A DNA stretch of 64,000 nt, from assembly GCF_009914755.1 (NCBI RefSeq), contig NC_060939.1; one strand, given 5' to 3'. The first letter of the stretch is position 1. The number at the start of each line of letters is the position of its first letter. The position numbers and the translations under genes were made by a program. Below, piece after piece: positions 1-17,405 of the stretch. The notes beneath the pieces were generated by a model that was not told the DNA's origin, did not search any database, and was given only the letters and a program-made list of their open reading frames with translations. This DNA is from the human T2T-CHM13v2.0 reference genome, Homo sapiens.

Positions 1-2491
<2,491 letters not shown>

Positions 2492-3386
2492 GCAATCAGC
2501 ACAATTGGAAGGCTACTCCAACAGAGAGAATTTGGACCTATTTAATTAATAGACTGGAATTCACTCAAAGACACTCTCCTATGGGATCTCAAACTTAAGC
2601 AGATCTCTGTAAGCTGAGGAAGTTTCCTCAACAGATATTTTTCTCTAGACATCCAAAAATGCAAAAACCCATTTTGGATATTTGTGCATGAGTGATCTGT
2701 AGAAGGCCTTGGCCTATTAATGAAAGTTCATGGATATATGATAACTTCATCATTTACTGTGCACTCACACTTCACTGGTTTCAAAAATTCCTCACCCGTG
2801 TGATGGGGCAATGCAGGAGAAGACACAATAGTGCCATCTTCCTCATGAACACAACTCAGCTTTGATACTGATTGTCATGCTTTATTGTTGGTGGAGAAGG
2901 GTCAGACATAAAACTTGTGAGGTTCTATCTGACATTGATCTGGCCCAGCCTCTGTCTTGGCTGAGGTTAGGATTCCTGAGACTGTTCTCCTCAGGGAACC
3001 CCACTAAGGTTCCTGTCCCGAATGTGACTGGAGAAGATTCACCAGGTTACCCTCAGCTTCCTCAGGGCTGTGATCCTAGTGACCACTGGCAGAGAGATTG
3101 CTCTACATTTAGGGCGTGTGAGAAGGTTTCCTCCTGGTACAACAAAACTGTGGTATTTTAGAGATGTAGAGCTAGACACAGCATCATGAAATAAGAGAGG
3201 GTCCCTGGAGGAAACATGAAGATGGTGAGGCAACCCCAGACCCTGGCAGTAAACCAACCTCTCATCTCTACCCCCACCTGCTCTGGGGGTGGCCCTGTGC
3301 TTCCTGCAACCTGCTCTTCCCTGGTGGTCTTGAGTCCCCCCTGTGGTCCTGAGTCTTCCTGGCGGTCCTGAGTGCCCTGCCAGCAA

Positions 3387-3866
3387 GGTTTGTGTCAGGG
3401 CTCACAAGGACACCTCCTCATTGAGTCTTTCACAGTAATACTCAGCTGTGTCCTGGGCAGCCGTGGAGCTGAGCTTCACAGAGAACTGGCTCTTGGTTGA
3501 GTCATTGTTGATGGGGACATGGACCTGGGTGGAGGGAGCATGATGTGTATTCCTTGGTGATCGACTCTAGTAACTGTGCCCCAGCCATTCCAGCCTGTTG
3601 CCCAGGGGATGGTGGATTCAGCTCAAATAGTATCCATGGTAAAAAAGAATCCAGACACAGCACAGGTGGAGGGCAGTGTCTGAGGGCCTCATGGGTCCTG
3701 GACCTGACTCCTGCACCTGCACATGGGACAGGACACCTGCAATAAGAGGGAACATCCTGGTGAGTCACACAGAGAGCTCACTTGTCCCCATCAACCCTTT
3801 TTTAAATTCTAGATGTTCACCCTGCAAAGCTGTCAGCAAAGGAAGAAATATAAGTAGTTGATCTTC
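3387..3866 (-). pseudogene. IGHV clan II pseudogene (IGHV(II)-26-2-like), frameshifted, defective 23-RSS
   Basis: Minus strand reads GTGCAGGAGTCAGGTCCAGG...AAGAGCCAGTTCTCTGTGAAGCTCAGCTCC...GAGTATTACTGTGAAAGA. V is 3426-3725, heptamer CTCAATG 3419-3425, 23-bp spacer, nonamer ACACAAACC 3387-3395. Leader-like exon (LLIFLPLLTALQG) at ~3821-3866 has no ATG. Confidence 0.85.
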
Positions 3867-4602
3867 TTGAGAGAAAGAATAATGCCTTTCATGGGGAATT
3901 TGTTCCTTGGCTGATGACAGAGCGATATCTGGGGAGGAGAGAGGCTGACAACACCCAGCATTGTTGCTGGGGTATAAACAGAGTTTGAGGAGAACTGTGC
4001 ATGTGCCAGGAGCCCCGCACACGGCCGACCTCTGTCTTGGAACCTCTTCCCAGGGATGATTTTCCTGCTCAGGGGTCAGATGACACAAACTCATTCCTCC
4101 TCTGAAAGAGCAGCCCTCTGCTGAGTGTCAAGGCATCCATTCTTACCCCAAGGGCAGGAAGGCAGGTGACAGAAACAAGCAGGTTTGCTGGACAGAGAGG
4201 AAAGGAAAGGGGTAGGAACTGGGGAAAAACCTTGTGCCCAAGACCTATGGCCTAAAGTCCCCCTGCTTCTTTTGGGGTCCCACCTGGAGCTGGAGATTCT
4301 CCATTGTGAACTTTCCTGGCACAGGAAAGTTCTTGAGGGAAAATTGAGAGAAATGCTGAGTGAGTTCTCCTCTTTGCTGAGCACAGAATTCTCACCCTCT
4401 GTTGTACGTGGTGTTTTCCCTGCCCGGTTGAGTCACCGCTCCTGGTCCCCTCCCTGCTACTCCCCAGGTTTTGCTTCTTTGCTCATATGCTCATCCTTTT
4501 CTAGATTTCTCTTCATGGAGCCCCCATTGTAGCCTTGAGTGACAACATCACCCTAGTTCACAACACCTTAGCAGGCCTGAGGACTCCTTTTGTACCACTG
4601 TG

Positions 4603-4603
<1 letters not shown>

Positions 4604-4642
<39 letters not shown>
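4604..4642. repeat. (CA)n microsatellite
   Basis: Direct reading. Confidence 0.9.
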
Positions 4643-4643
<1 letters not shown>

Positions 4644-4924
4644 CAGTTTCCCACATCCCCTTTCAATTTCATACAGGAAAACTCATGGCTGTGTTGGGGA
4701 AATCATTTGCATGGGCCATAGGAGCCACAATGAGTCATCATCTGTCTCTGAGAATACAGAATCTCCATGTCCAGGGAGGTGAGAGACTGCAGGTGCACAG
4801 AAGCCGAAGGTTTCAGGATCTGGGAGAGGAATCACAGGAGACCAAGTACAGCAGGACTGGGCAAGAGGACCAAAGCTCTGATGGTAGACTTTGAATGAGA
4901 AGGACAAGGTGCAGCCTGATCTTA

Positions 4925-5350
4925 TGGCCTTTGTCCTTTCTGTTGATGTGATGTGTCACATTGATTGATTTCCATATGTTGGACCATCCTTGAATCACTG
5001 GGATAAACTGAACTTGGTCATGATGCATGATTTTTTTAATGTGTTGTTGAATTGTGTTTGCTAAGTTTTCCTTGAGGATTTTTGCATCTGTATTCATCAG
5101 AGATATTGGCCTGTAGTGTTTTTTATGTTTTTATTTGGTTTTCATTTCAGGGTAATACTGGTCTCATAGAGCAGGTTTGAAAGTACTCCCTCCTTCTCTA
5201 CCTACTTTTTAATATTTTGAGGAGGATAGATATTGTTTCTTCTTTAAATGTTTGTCACAATTGTGCAATGAAGCCATTGAGTCCTGGGTTTTTTTTCTTT
5301 CCTGGAAGACCTTTTATTAATGCTTCAATTTTGTGACTTGTTATTGCCCT
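4925..5350 (-). mobile_element. L1 ORF2 fragment
   Basis: ORF 4813-5097 reads [30 protein letters not shown], the L1 RT N-terminal motif. Confidence 0.85.
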
Positions 5351-6704
5351 GTTCAGGGGTTAGTTTCCTGCTGGGCAACACCAGAGCCAAAGGGGATCTT
5401 GGGTCTAGGCTTTGTGCAGCCAGTATTGTGGCCTTTACCCACTTGTGTGTTTGATGGAATGGAAACAGAGGCCCAGTGTGGAGACATGCAATGACTACTG
5501 CCCCAAAGAAGGGCACCCTCCAGAAGTGTCTCTGGTCTCAAAGTTGTGACAGGCTATAGCATTTTGGCTAATGGGATGGGTGGTGGGCAAGGAGTACAGA
5601 TTTTGCTCCGAATCTTGTGCAGTACAGATGCATGAATTCCTTCCAGCTCTCCAAGTTGAGCTCAGGGTTTGCAAGCCCTGTGAATTTATTTTGTAGTAAG
5701 GATTGTTGATATGTGTGATTGCAGTAGGGCCTGATGTGCTTCTTCTACTTAACTTTCCTCACCAGGGATAATTCCATGTGAATCTCGAGTATGAAGCTGC
5801 AGACACAGGGTGCTTTCACACAGCACTACTGGGCTTCTAATAACCACAGGGACCTCTCCTCTCCCCTGCTATCCTCTACATCTCCCTTTCATCAGCCCAG
5901 TCTAGTCTTAGCTGTTTATTCAATTCTGTCATTCTGTCATATGGGATTGACAAATGTCAGGCACATCTATTCAGCTGTCATGCTGATTTTTTTTTTAACT
6001 TTTACTTACATATTTATAGCTAACATGGACACTAAAATTGGTAATTCAAATTTATAACAAAATAGATTGAATTATGATTACCTTAGCATCAATAGTGCAT
6101 ACAAATCTGTGTCTCTACAGCTCTATCCATTTTCCCTTACTGTGTTATTACTATATATTAGTATTTTACAAATTATATGTATATTATTCACATGTATAAT
6201 TAATATTATAGTACTTGATTTTCAAAATAATGGAGGAATGAAACATGAGACTCAGGGCAGAATAAAACACTATTGGCGCTCACATACACAAATGTAATGA
6301 CATTTCTGGGACACCTTCCTTGTTGCTGTTGTTCTTTTTAGGTGTAAGATTTTCTGCTCCTCTCCACTCTCCTTTCAGTTCTGTCTGTGGGACTCCATTT
6401 AGCATTTCTCATAAGGACTGTCTAGGTTTCATGAACTCCATCAGCGTTTGTTTATTTATATTCACCTTAATTTCTCCTTCACTTTTGAAGGTTTCTTAGA
6501 AAGTGTATAATTCTTGATTGACAGTGTATTTCAGCCTTTTGATATGCCACCTCAATGAGTTTTTGTCTTCATGAATTTGGTGAGAAATCAGTTGTTTATT
6601 TTATGAAGGTTTTATTATAGGCAACGCTTCTTTCTCAGGTTCTGACACTCAAACATACTTGGTATTTTCAGACATGTGACACTGAGGTCAAGAGATGAAT
6701 CTCT

Positions 6705-7425
<721 letters not shown>

Positions 7426-7503
7426 TCACCAAGTAATGCAAAGAGCACACACACACTCAAATATTCCTGGTCACACTAGCATCAAATCAACTATATTCAC
7501 TTC

Positions 7504-8245
<742 letters not shown>

Positions 8246-11200
8246 TCAAGTATGCAACTCACACATACTCAGGAAAATTAACATTCATGCAAATTGATAG
8301 GCTCAAATATTGAAGAACGCACTCACACACACTCAAAATAGCATACGCTTTTACAAACTAACAGAAACACACAAACAAGTTCTCCCACACACTTGGTCGA
8401 AGATATAGTGTAACAATCACAAACTAAGTAACTCATTTTAATATAAAACACAGGCACACACAAGCTCACACCCTCACACACACACATTCACAAACACACA
8501 GACACAGTTGTATGCATCATCCCACTTACACACAATGTTCTACAGTGACACACAGACAAACATTGAGACTATTCCATGACCAGGGGCTTGAGACAGTAGC
8601 TGTCTCAGTCTCCATGGACATCACACTGTCTCAGAGGCTCAAGGTTTGCTTTCTACTACAGCAGGTAGCCCTGAAATTTCCCTAGATGTTAATGATTGTG
8701 TCTTCCCTTCCACCATCTAGATTCTCTTCAGAGATGGCCAGGACTCCAGAGTTCAGGTTCTCACATGTTGTGTGGCTTTTGGGCTAAAACACACCTGAAA
8801 CACTGAGTGGCTGTTGTCCTTGATCACTTGATCATCATCTGCATTTTGGTTGATGCATTTTTTTACCTCATTTGAATAAAATAAAAGAAATTAATTGACT
8901 CTACCTGGGCCAAATGGACTTCTTTCTGTTTCTCTTGGTAGCTGCAAATGTAGCCCCAAATATGACAGGATCCAATAAACAGTGCAGCTCTTAAAACACT
9001 TTCTTGGTCAGCTGGTCTAACAGCATAAGGACCTCAGGAGAACAATTATATTATGGGTCTAATTCTGTACCCACTGCAGACCAGTTTATTTTTATAGACC
9101 AGCAGCTCCAGTCTATCACAACCTATGATTATCCAGATGGAAGGAAACAGTCTTCAAATTTTTATGACAGATGCGGTAAGATAAACTGATATTTCTGTCA
9201 TTTGTTTTCTAGGCCCAGGTCTTGTAGCTCCTGGCCACGGGGCACTGTGGTGCTCTCTGATTTGGGGCATTTGAAGGATACTGGAAAATAGTATTGTCCT
9301 CAAAACTGACTTTCTTTAGAGACTAATTTTTCTACTATGAAACAGTGGCATAAAACATCTGGTATAATACTCATATGGGACTGGAGAGACTGAAGTCAAT
9401 TCTCCCATTGTTCTCCTGGGTCTCTGTCTGGGCAACTGTGAAAAGACAAAGCACTGCTGGATCCCTGCTCATGTTCTTACGATCACGTCTCCTATCCCTA
9501 ACAACAGCTACATTCCTTTGTGTCAGATCATAATATGCAGTTTCTCATACTGGGAAATAAGATATCCAGAACTTGGACAGTGGCGTTAGCAGGTTCTCTA
9601 TGGAAAAAAAAGAAACCACAAAACCTAAAAACATCCCATGTGAAGATAGGAGTCAGTTTCTCATTATAAATTACTACCTATCAAGTTTGGGCTTTATCTA
9701 AATTATTCAAATTGTCCCCATATGGCTGGTGGATATCCTTAAAGGGTGTCATTTTTTGTTAGACAAATGTGATATCTATCACTATCAGCTCAGGCACTCG
9801 CTGAGAGGTGCTAGGTTAGTCTGGTGGAAGGTATCTGTGCTGAGTCTTCATTGTACATGTTAGGGAAAGTTTTGATATAAAGAGAGAGGAGACTATAACT
9901 TGCGTAGCAGTATTAATTAAACTGAAGAAGATAATCATACTATGAGTTCCCCATACTCACTTACCCAGGATAATGGATTTCCCTTTTCTTCAGCTGTTGG
10001 CTTACTTACCTTAAATATTACTGCATTTACTTTTATTTACAATGTTTTTTTATCTTAGGTTATTGCCTGATTAAAGTAAGCACAAGTAAAATTTAAAATT
10101 AACAATCAATCACCTGTAGAAATAACATAAAATGGGCATGGTGAAATTTAAGGAGAGATGCCAGAATTAAACAAATAAAGAAACACATTGTGTAAGTTAG
10201 AGTGGTCAGTGAGGACTGAAATGATGAGAAGCTGGTGCTGAATGATATATGAAGAACGTCAAATATACTTGATATTCAGAATGCTGGTCACAACAGTGAA
10301 AAAATCTGTAGAGTGGTCTGCGCAGATAAGAAATTAGAAAGTGATAAAGTCACAAACTTGCAACACCAGGAGACATGCAATATATTCAGTATTCAGCTCT
10401 CTCTGTCCTCTAGGAAAAATAGGTTATAACTGCATGGAAAATGAGACAAGTAGTTTTTAAGATAATTCTCGAGAAAAATTGCTAATAAAGTTATTCAGAT
10501 GATGTTCCGACACAGGATTGTGGAGGGGACGTTGACCTGTGGTGGTCACTGTCAGCTATACGGGATGGTCAACTTGGCGGTCTCCTTTGCCAATTTTTTG
10601 TCCACAAGAGAGATTACACTGTCATGTGCTATGTTGCAGATGAGTTTCTTAACCTCACACCATGAGAGGAACATGAGAACAAAGAAGATGAGAAAACTGA
10701 AGACCACACTACATCAACTACATTCCACTGATGAGCACTCGTCACACAGAGGCCCAGGGATGAGCAGGGAAGACGAAGGGGCTGGGAAATATCATCCGCA
10801 AAGGGACACCCTCCAGCCTGCTTGACCTCCCCATGCACGGAGGGGTGAAATGTTTGTTCTCAGCTAATGGTGGCTATGTCAGGACCTCCACAAGCTTTGA
10901 GAAATACAGATTTGTATGAACAAATGCCCATACTTTATTCGGAGGGAATTTTTTACTCATAATTTATTTCCTCTCCTTAGCAAGCACCGCAGAAGGATGT
11001 TTCCATGATTCTCCCTAATCCTTCCTCAGTTCCTGGTGCAGTTCCTGGAGGAAAAGCCTGCATCGGGGAGGGAGCCCTCCTCATGTGCAGCCCTGAGGCT
11101 GTCCCATCACCTCACCCACCATTGCCCTTCAGTCACTTTTTAAACATTCCAAACTAATTTTCCTGAAATGTGTAGTATTTGGCAGTGTCTTTCCCAGATA

Positions 11201-12204
11201 AGAAAATACTTAAGTTCTGTTTATCCCTGCAGGCGCATATCCATTTTTGGAGCTCAGGTTGTTTTTGAATGATTAGTAGTGGATAATTAGTGGGAGGAGG
11301 TTTGTGTGCATCTTGTCATCTTCCAGAGTGCACCCCAACATGGCATTGACACTGGCAAGCAAGCAGATGGGCTTGCTCAGCTGGAGAATGGCAGACATTA
11401 TTATAACCTGTGACCCCAATGAGGCTCTCCCTCTACAAGCCCAATCAGGCTCATGCCTCTTGACAACGTGCAGCCAGCACAGGACACCAGTGTCCACCTC
11501 AGTGAGGGGCCTTCCAGGTGCCCACCTCCTTCCTAAGGGGGAGCTTTTGTCCCTGCCTGGATCCCATGCATGTGCTTGCATTTGCTGCAAAAAGGGATTC
11601 ATCCATAAACATGCCCCATGAGCCTACAGTGTAGGTAATCCATCTACAGGGCCTCATACATGACATCTCTCATGGTCAAGGTCTCCACTTCTTATTAAAG
11701 AACATTCATTGTAGAATTCACTAGAACTTGCTGGACTTTTAGAGGCATGGATAGGAATACCCTTACCCACTTTCCCTCTAATATCATTCCTAGAAACCCT
11801 CTGAAAATACCTCTGGTGCTCCAAGATAATTTATGTTTGTTACACCACGGGATCACCAGGAAAAGAAAGAACCAAAGTGTCCATGTAGGTTCATCATTTG
11901 TAACTTGCTGATATGACTCTGGTGCAGGATGCAGATAGTGGAGAAGGCTGTGCCTGTGTTGGATGGGGATTCCTGGGAGCTCTGGTACTTTCTGTTCAAG
12001 TTCACTGTTATCCTAAAACCACTCTAAAATAAATTTTATGCAACAACAGTAGCAGAGACATTCTTGGAAGACATTTTGGACATTTTTCAGAATCATACTT
12101 AGTCTTACCATGTGATCAAATAATCTTGCTCAAATTATTCATCCATCTAATTTGAAAACTTGTTCACAATAATATATTCATGGGAATGTTTGTATCAGCT
12201 TTAT

Positions 12205-12563
12205 TGATATGGTTTGACTGTATCCCCACCCAAATCTCATCTTGAGTTTTAATAATTCCCATGTGTCAAGGGTGGGGTCAGGTGGACGTAATTGAATCAT
12301 GGGGGCGGTTTCCCCCATACTGTTCTCGTGGTAGTGAATATGTCTCATGAGATCTGACAGTTTTATAAACAGGAGTTCCCCTGGCACAAGGTGTCTCTTG
12401 CCTGCTGCCGTGTAAGACATCAGTTTACTCTTCCTTCATCTTCTTCCATGATTATGAGACCACCTCAGCCATGTGGAACTATGATTCCATTAAACCACTT
12501 TTCTTTATAAATTATTTGGTCTCAGGTATGTCTTTATTAGCAGCATGATAATGGACTAATACA
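12205..12563 (+). mobile_element. THE1-type ERVL-MaLR solo LTR
   Basis: TGATATGGTTTGACTGTATCCCCACCCAAATCTCATCTTG...GGACTAATACA termini. Confidence 0.88.
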
Positions 12564-12750
12564 GGGCCTTTCCTAATCTTTGAATTTTCTGTATACGGTG
12601 ACTCTTGAATAAAATATTTATTATAAAATTAGAGTGTGTCCTTGTTTCTATTGATCCTTGTCCTCAGTTACTTGACCCATTTTCTAAACAACTTTAAACC
12701 TCATCTTCCCTGTCATCTCCTCTGCAGGAACACAGCTGCCTCCTCCCTGC

Positions 12751-12789
12751 AATTTCTGACACTCTCAGGATGTGGGTTTTCACATTGTG
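12751..12789 (-). other. 23-RSS of IGHV1OR15-9 (CACAATG-23-TCAGAAATT), non-consensus
   Basis: Heptamer 12783-12789, nonamer 12751-12759. Confidence 0.9.
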
Positions 12790-13225
12790 TCTCTCACACA
12801 GTAATACATGGCCGTGTCCTCAGATCTCAGGCTGCTTAGCTCCATGTAGGCTGTGCCCATGGATGTGTCCCTGGTTATGGTGACTCTGCCCTGGAACTTC
12901 TGTGCATAGCTTGTGCTGCCATCACTAGGGCACACCAATCCCATCCACTCAAGCCCTTGTGCATGGGCCTGGCACACCCAGTGCATACAGTAGCTGGTGA
13001 AGGTGTATCCAGAAGCCTTGTAGGAGATCCTCACTGAGGCCCCAGGCTTCTTCACCTCAGCCCCAGACTGCATCAGCTGTACCTGGGACTGGGCACCTGT
13101 GGAGAGGACACAGGAGTGGATAAAACCCCCTTTGACTGGACCCAGTCACCTTAGTCCTGGGGACTGAGAATTATCCTACCTGCAGCTATGACCACCAAAA
13201 ACAGGATCCTCCAAGTCCAGCCCAT
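12790..13225 (-). CDS. IGHV1OR15-9: IGHV1 orphon V segment (leader exon 13180-13225; exon 2 12790-13096); open frame but 1st-Cys replaced by Tyr
   Basis: [44 protein letters not shown]...[36 protein letters not shown]...AMYYCVR. 83-bp GT-AG intron. Confidence 0.9.
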
Positions 13226-13325
13226 GGTGAGGAGCTGTGCTCTCAGGGGCTTCTCTAGAGGACGTGTGTGGTTATTGGGTGATGCTCTCAGGGCGCAGAC
13301 ATATCTGTAGTGTTCACCTCAGGTG

Positions 13326-13333
13326 ATTTGCAT
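13326..13333 (-). promoter_or_regulatory. Ig octamer ATGCAAAT
   Basis: Exact match ~100 bp upstream of the ATG. Confidence 0.9.
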
Positions 13334-13896
13334 ATTCACAAGAACTACTACTTCATAGCCTTACACTTGATCCAGCATGAGAAAGAGAAAATAGATCTCA
13401 CATGAGCCACACAACTGTGGGATGCTGAGGTGCAAGTCCTCATTCTTATTTAATGTCGTGTTTCCCTTTATATGCCCAGAACTTTGTGAAGGGAGAACTT
13501 CTCCACTAAGAAGGTGACTCACACAGGACATAGCACATGGACAGCCTCCACTCTTTCTAGGTTTTGCTGTCTGCAGTCTTACTCTTGGGATCTATGTGTC
13601 TTCTGAAATGTGTACATTTTGATTTAATAAAATCATCCCTGTTCTTCATCTTTTTACCAGGAAAATATCTCAAACCTGTAATAATTTTGCCTTTTAAATG
13701 TGGTTCTCACTGAATTGTTGATTTATTTATTTCTAAATGTATAGAGATAATAGAAATAGTCTTTGCAAAATTCTAATTTTAACATGTTATAATTTTTTGA
13801 TTTTCAATAAAACAACACTCAGTTCTCAGAGAAATCCCCTCTGCAGCCTCATGTGCACCAGCTCTGGGGCTGGAGCCTGCTCTGGGTGGGTCCTGG

Positions 13897-14217
13897 GTGC
13901 CCCCTGCAGCACTGCCTCTGCCCTGCATGGAGGTTTCCATCTGGGCTCACAGAGGATTTATCTCTCAGTGTTTCTAGGGCTATAGGAAGAGGTCATGCCC
14001 TAGTTTAAAATGCTCCTTCAGTGACACCATATGTTACTGACACCATCTTTTGAAAACATTGACCTTAGGAGACCCAGTGAACTCTAAGAAACCATCAGGG
14101 AGCCCCTCCCTGGAGCTCAGGATGCATTTAATCAGTGGACACATTGTAAGCACAAAAATTTTGAAGGGTTTTCGGGGATGCTTTATCTTGTTTGGTCTCC
14201 TGCAATTGAATATTACA
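13897..14217 (-). pseudogene. Highly decayed IGHV relic with RSS-like end and CTCF motif
   Basis: Minus strand: TGT AAT ATT CAA TTG CAG GAG (C-NIQLQE), GAGCTCCAGGGAGGG (FR2-like), CACTGAG-23-ATGGAAACC with a TGTGAGCCCAG spacer like V3/V4 RSSs. Paralogous to 22034-22382. Confidence 0.6.
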
Positions 14218-14279
14218 TCTAAGAATACCTGTAGGTATATATACTTGTGGATGAATGCCCACTCCATGTCTTCTTTTTC

Positions 14280-14283
<4 letters not shown>

Positions 14284-14329
<46 letters not shown>

Positions 14330-14331
14330 AC
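14284..14331. repeat. (CA)n microsatellite; paralogous tract at ~22442-22475
   Basis: Direct reading. Confidence 0.9.
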
Positions 14332-14745
14332 AGAACTAGTTGATTTTTACAACAGTGGGCCTCTAACTTGCCATTTTTTCTAGTATCTTGCAAATGGGGA
14401 GCACCCCCTACATGGATACTAGACCTGAGTATATGACTTCCTTCTCCAAACAGAAGTAAGGAAAACAGTACAGAATTGGAGACGTAGCAAGTGTACATTC
14501 ATCATGTTTGCATATTGTCACCTGAGAATACTGCAATTTCCCTAAGAGAAGTGACTCTGTGTCCACCAAGGGTTGAGTGACCCCGTTCATCAAGCTGTTG
14601 GTGTCAGAAGCTTCCAGTTGCTCTACTGTCCTTGAATTTTTTCTCCCATTGTCTTTACATTTCCCTATATAGAGTCTCTGCATTGCCACACTCATCTTCA
14701 ATATAGATTAATTATGCTGATGAGAAGGTAATGTGTGAGGATTGT

Positions 14746-16480
14746 ATTTTTTTTCTTTTCTTACAACTATAGGCTTTTTCATTCAGTTAAGAGGTAAACA
14801 GATTAACATTGGAGACTATTCCATTTAACTAGCCCAAGTTCCTATTCCACTTTATATATCCCTCCCACACTGCCATACATCTTGAAGAAATGACTGCCAA
14901 AAGACTTTGCTTCTAACTTCTTAGCAATAACCTTCAATGAATTGCTTTCAAATAAGTTATTCCTAACTTAAAATTTTATTGTGTTCAAAGAAACTCGTCC
15001 CTCTAAGAGGCTTCCACATATGCCAATAGAACGTTCCACCACTGACAGGAGGGCAGAGTACCAATTATTCTAATTACAGGAGCTACTCCAAGGAAAGCTT
15101 CAGTGATATTTGCGTTGTCAGATTCAGTGCTTGTTAGGGCAGAAGATGGTGAGACTAACAATGCAGAGCACACTCTGTCAAATGACTGCATGTTTGGCTG
15201 TTTTAAAAAAATCTTTGGTTATCTTTAGAGACAACATTTTAAACATAATGGAATTGAAGCCTGATACAAAATGTATAGAAACATGCACAGGAATAGACAG
15301 CCAAGAAGCAAAGTGGAACTCAGTGGAAACCTGGCTACATTACATAGCTCGTTTTGAACCTAACCATATTTATCACCAAACAACTGTAGCACAATAACAC
15401 TTTCCTTCTCTGGCTCCCAAATTTAAGTAGACTCGTGTCAGCCTTCCCTAACACTGTAATCATTCTTTGAGAGGGCCGGAATATGTAAGGTAGTCCCAAA
15501 CATTGACAAAAATGTTAATGTCAAACAGCTTCACACTGTGAGGATGACATACTTGAAGACAGCCAAGATGGCAGCACTGATAATTCCAGAAATAAAGACT
15601 GTGACAAACCAGGCTATACAATATCACGAAAGAGTCAAGTCAACAACTTTCTTGGATTAAAGCCAGGTACAAAGGAGCCCATGTTACAACGTGTTGTACT
15701 GATGGGGAGGCCGATATTTGATGCAATCACCATAGTGAGGGGGCAGGAGCCACTCCAGTACCGAAGGCACGAGAGGGTGTTACAGTGTCAGATTCTTCCC
15801 CATGGCCTGAATCACTCTCCTCCAAACCCACAGACTAATGCAGATTCCAACACCACCAGAGAGCAGAAGCCATACTGGCATCACCACTCTTGAGGAAACA
15901 TTTCCCATGTTATAAACCAGATACAAAGCCACGAGAGAATTTATTACATTGCTGATGTCATTACCACCATAGGGTAATGACCTCAATCAGGCAATAAGAA
16001 GTTGCAGGAACTGGAAGAGGAGAGATAGTTCAAGCTTATCTTGGCCATACAATTCTTCTCAAGAACCACTACTTCCTTTTCTCTCGCCTAGACCCATCTC
16101 CACCTTGATACTCATGATTATCTTCGATCCTGAGAAGGTCAGAGACAGCATTGTAGTAACCAGTGTAACTGTCCATTCAAAATTACTTCTTGGGGACTGC
16201 ATTGGACCATGTAAGATTCTCCATTTCCTTACCCTTCTGAGGAACTTCTTTGGCATGAAATGAGTCTAGAAGTGTGCCACATATTGTCATGATATAGGAA
16301 AAACAGCTATTATTGCACCGTAAGTGTTTGCCACCAAATCTCCCATGCCGTCTTCCACTATGGCAATGTGCAACTTATAGAGAAGCTCTTGTACCAGAAC
16401 CTTTAGGCATGGGGTAATATGCATAGTGGCCACTAAAGCCACCTGGCTGTTGATGGCTTGATTGAACTGGACCAAGTTTC
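14746..16480 (-). pseudogene. SLC20A1P3: 5'-truncated processed pseudogene of SLC20A1 (PiT1 phosphate transporter); CDS remnant ~15531-16480 plus 3'UTR and poly(A) remnant
   Basis: Fragments [55 protein letters not shown] and AWFVTV..ISAAILAVFKYVILTV* (stop 15531-15533) match the PiT1 C-terminal half. Intronless and frameshifted, with a T-tract at ~14746-14762. The P3 suffix is inferred from location. Confidence 0.88.
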
Positions 16481-17116
16481 TTAGAATTTCATCTCAGTGA
16501 TTTTGTTATCTTCTGTTTCTTGGCTGTGACCTTTACAAGGAGTTTCCTCTAATAAAGCTGATATTTGTCTATTATGTCCTTCCCTGTCTGCAGCATCTCA
16601 GGACTATTTTTGCTCAATCTTACCCTACTGGCACATCCTTTTGTTCAATCTTACCATACTGGCAATCACTTGCCTAATAAAGGAAGGCTGGGAAGAGGGT
16701 TCTACAATGGCAGTGAAGTACCTTTCACCATGTAGATAAATTATTATAAATGTTCTTCCCGTGGGTGGTCTATCTGGAGAAGGTTCTGGGTAAAGGTGTT
16801 AGAGATTAGGTCTCTCAATGACTGACCCAACTCACAAGGAATTTATGTGAATTCTAAATTAAAAATGTGGAGGTTCATGGAGCAAATGAGGGGCACCCAG
16901 AATATCTCATCCTAATAATAGTACAAACCTGTCCTTTAAGTTATTTTAGTTTAGATTTATATATAACAAATCAAACAGCCAGGGTCATTTAAATAGTAAC
17001 ATGCTCAAACATATTAGGGCAACAGCTGAATATAATAATCAAATTGAAATCAAGCAAATCTGGGAGCAAACTAATGTTTTTCATAGTTCAGAACAGCTTT
17101 ATTAACTCAATTAACT

Positions 17117-17405
17117 TGTAATCCCAGGAGTCTGGGAGGCCAACTTGGGCAGATCACCTGAGGTCAGGAGTTTGACACCAGCCTGACCAACATGGCAAAA
17201 CACCGTCTCTACTAAAAAATACAAAAATTAACTGGGTGCCGTGGCATGCACCTGTAATCCCAGCTACTTGGGAGGCTAGGGTGGAGAATTGCTTGAACAC
17301 AGGAGGTGGATATTGCAGAGCCAAGACCGCACCACTGCACTCCAGCCTGGGAGACAGAGCGAGACTCCATCTAAGAAATAAAAAATTTAAAAAAATTAAT
17401 AAAAA
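17117..17405 (+). mobile_element. AluS, slightly 5'-truncated
   Basis: Alu body with A-rich tail. Confidence 0.9.

Noticed and set aside
10499-11621. ORFs of ~105-109 aa in apparently non-repeat sequence
   Set aside because: No recognisable homology or exon signals that I can support.
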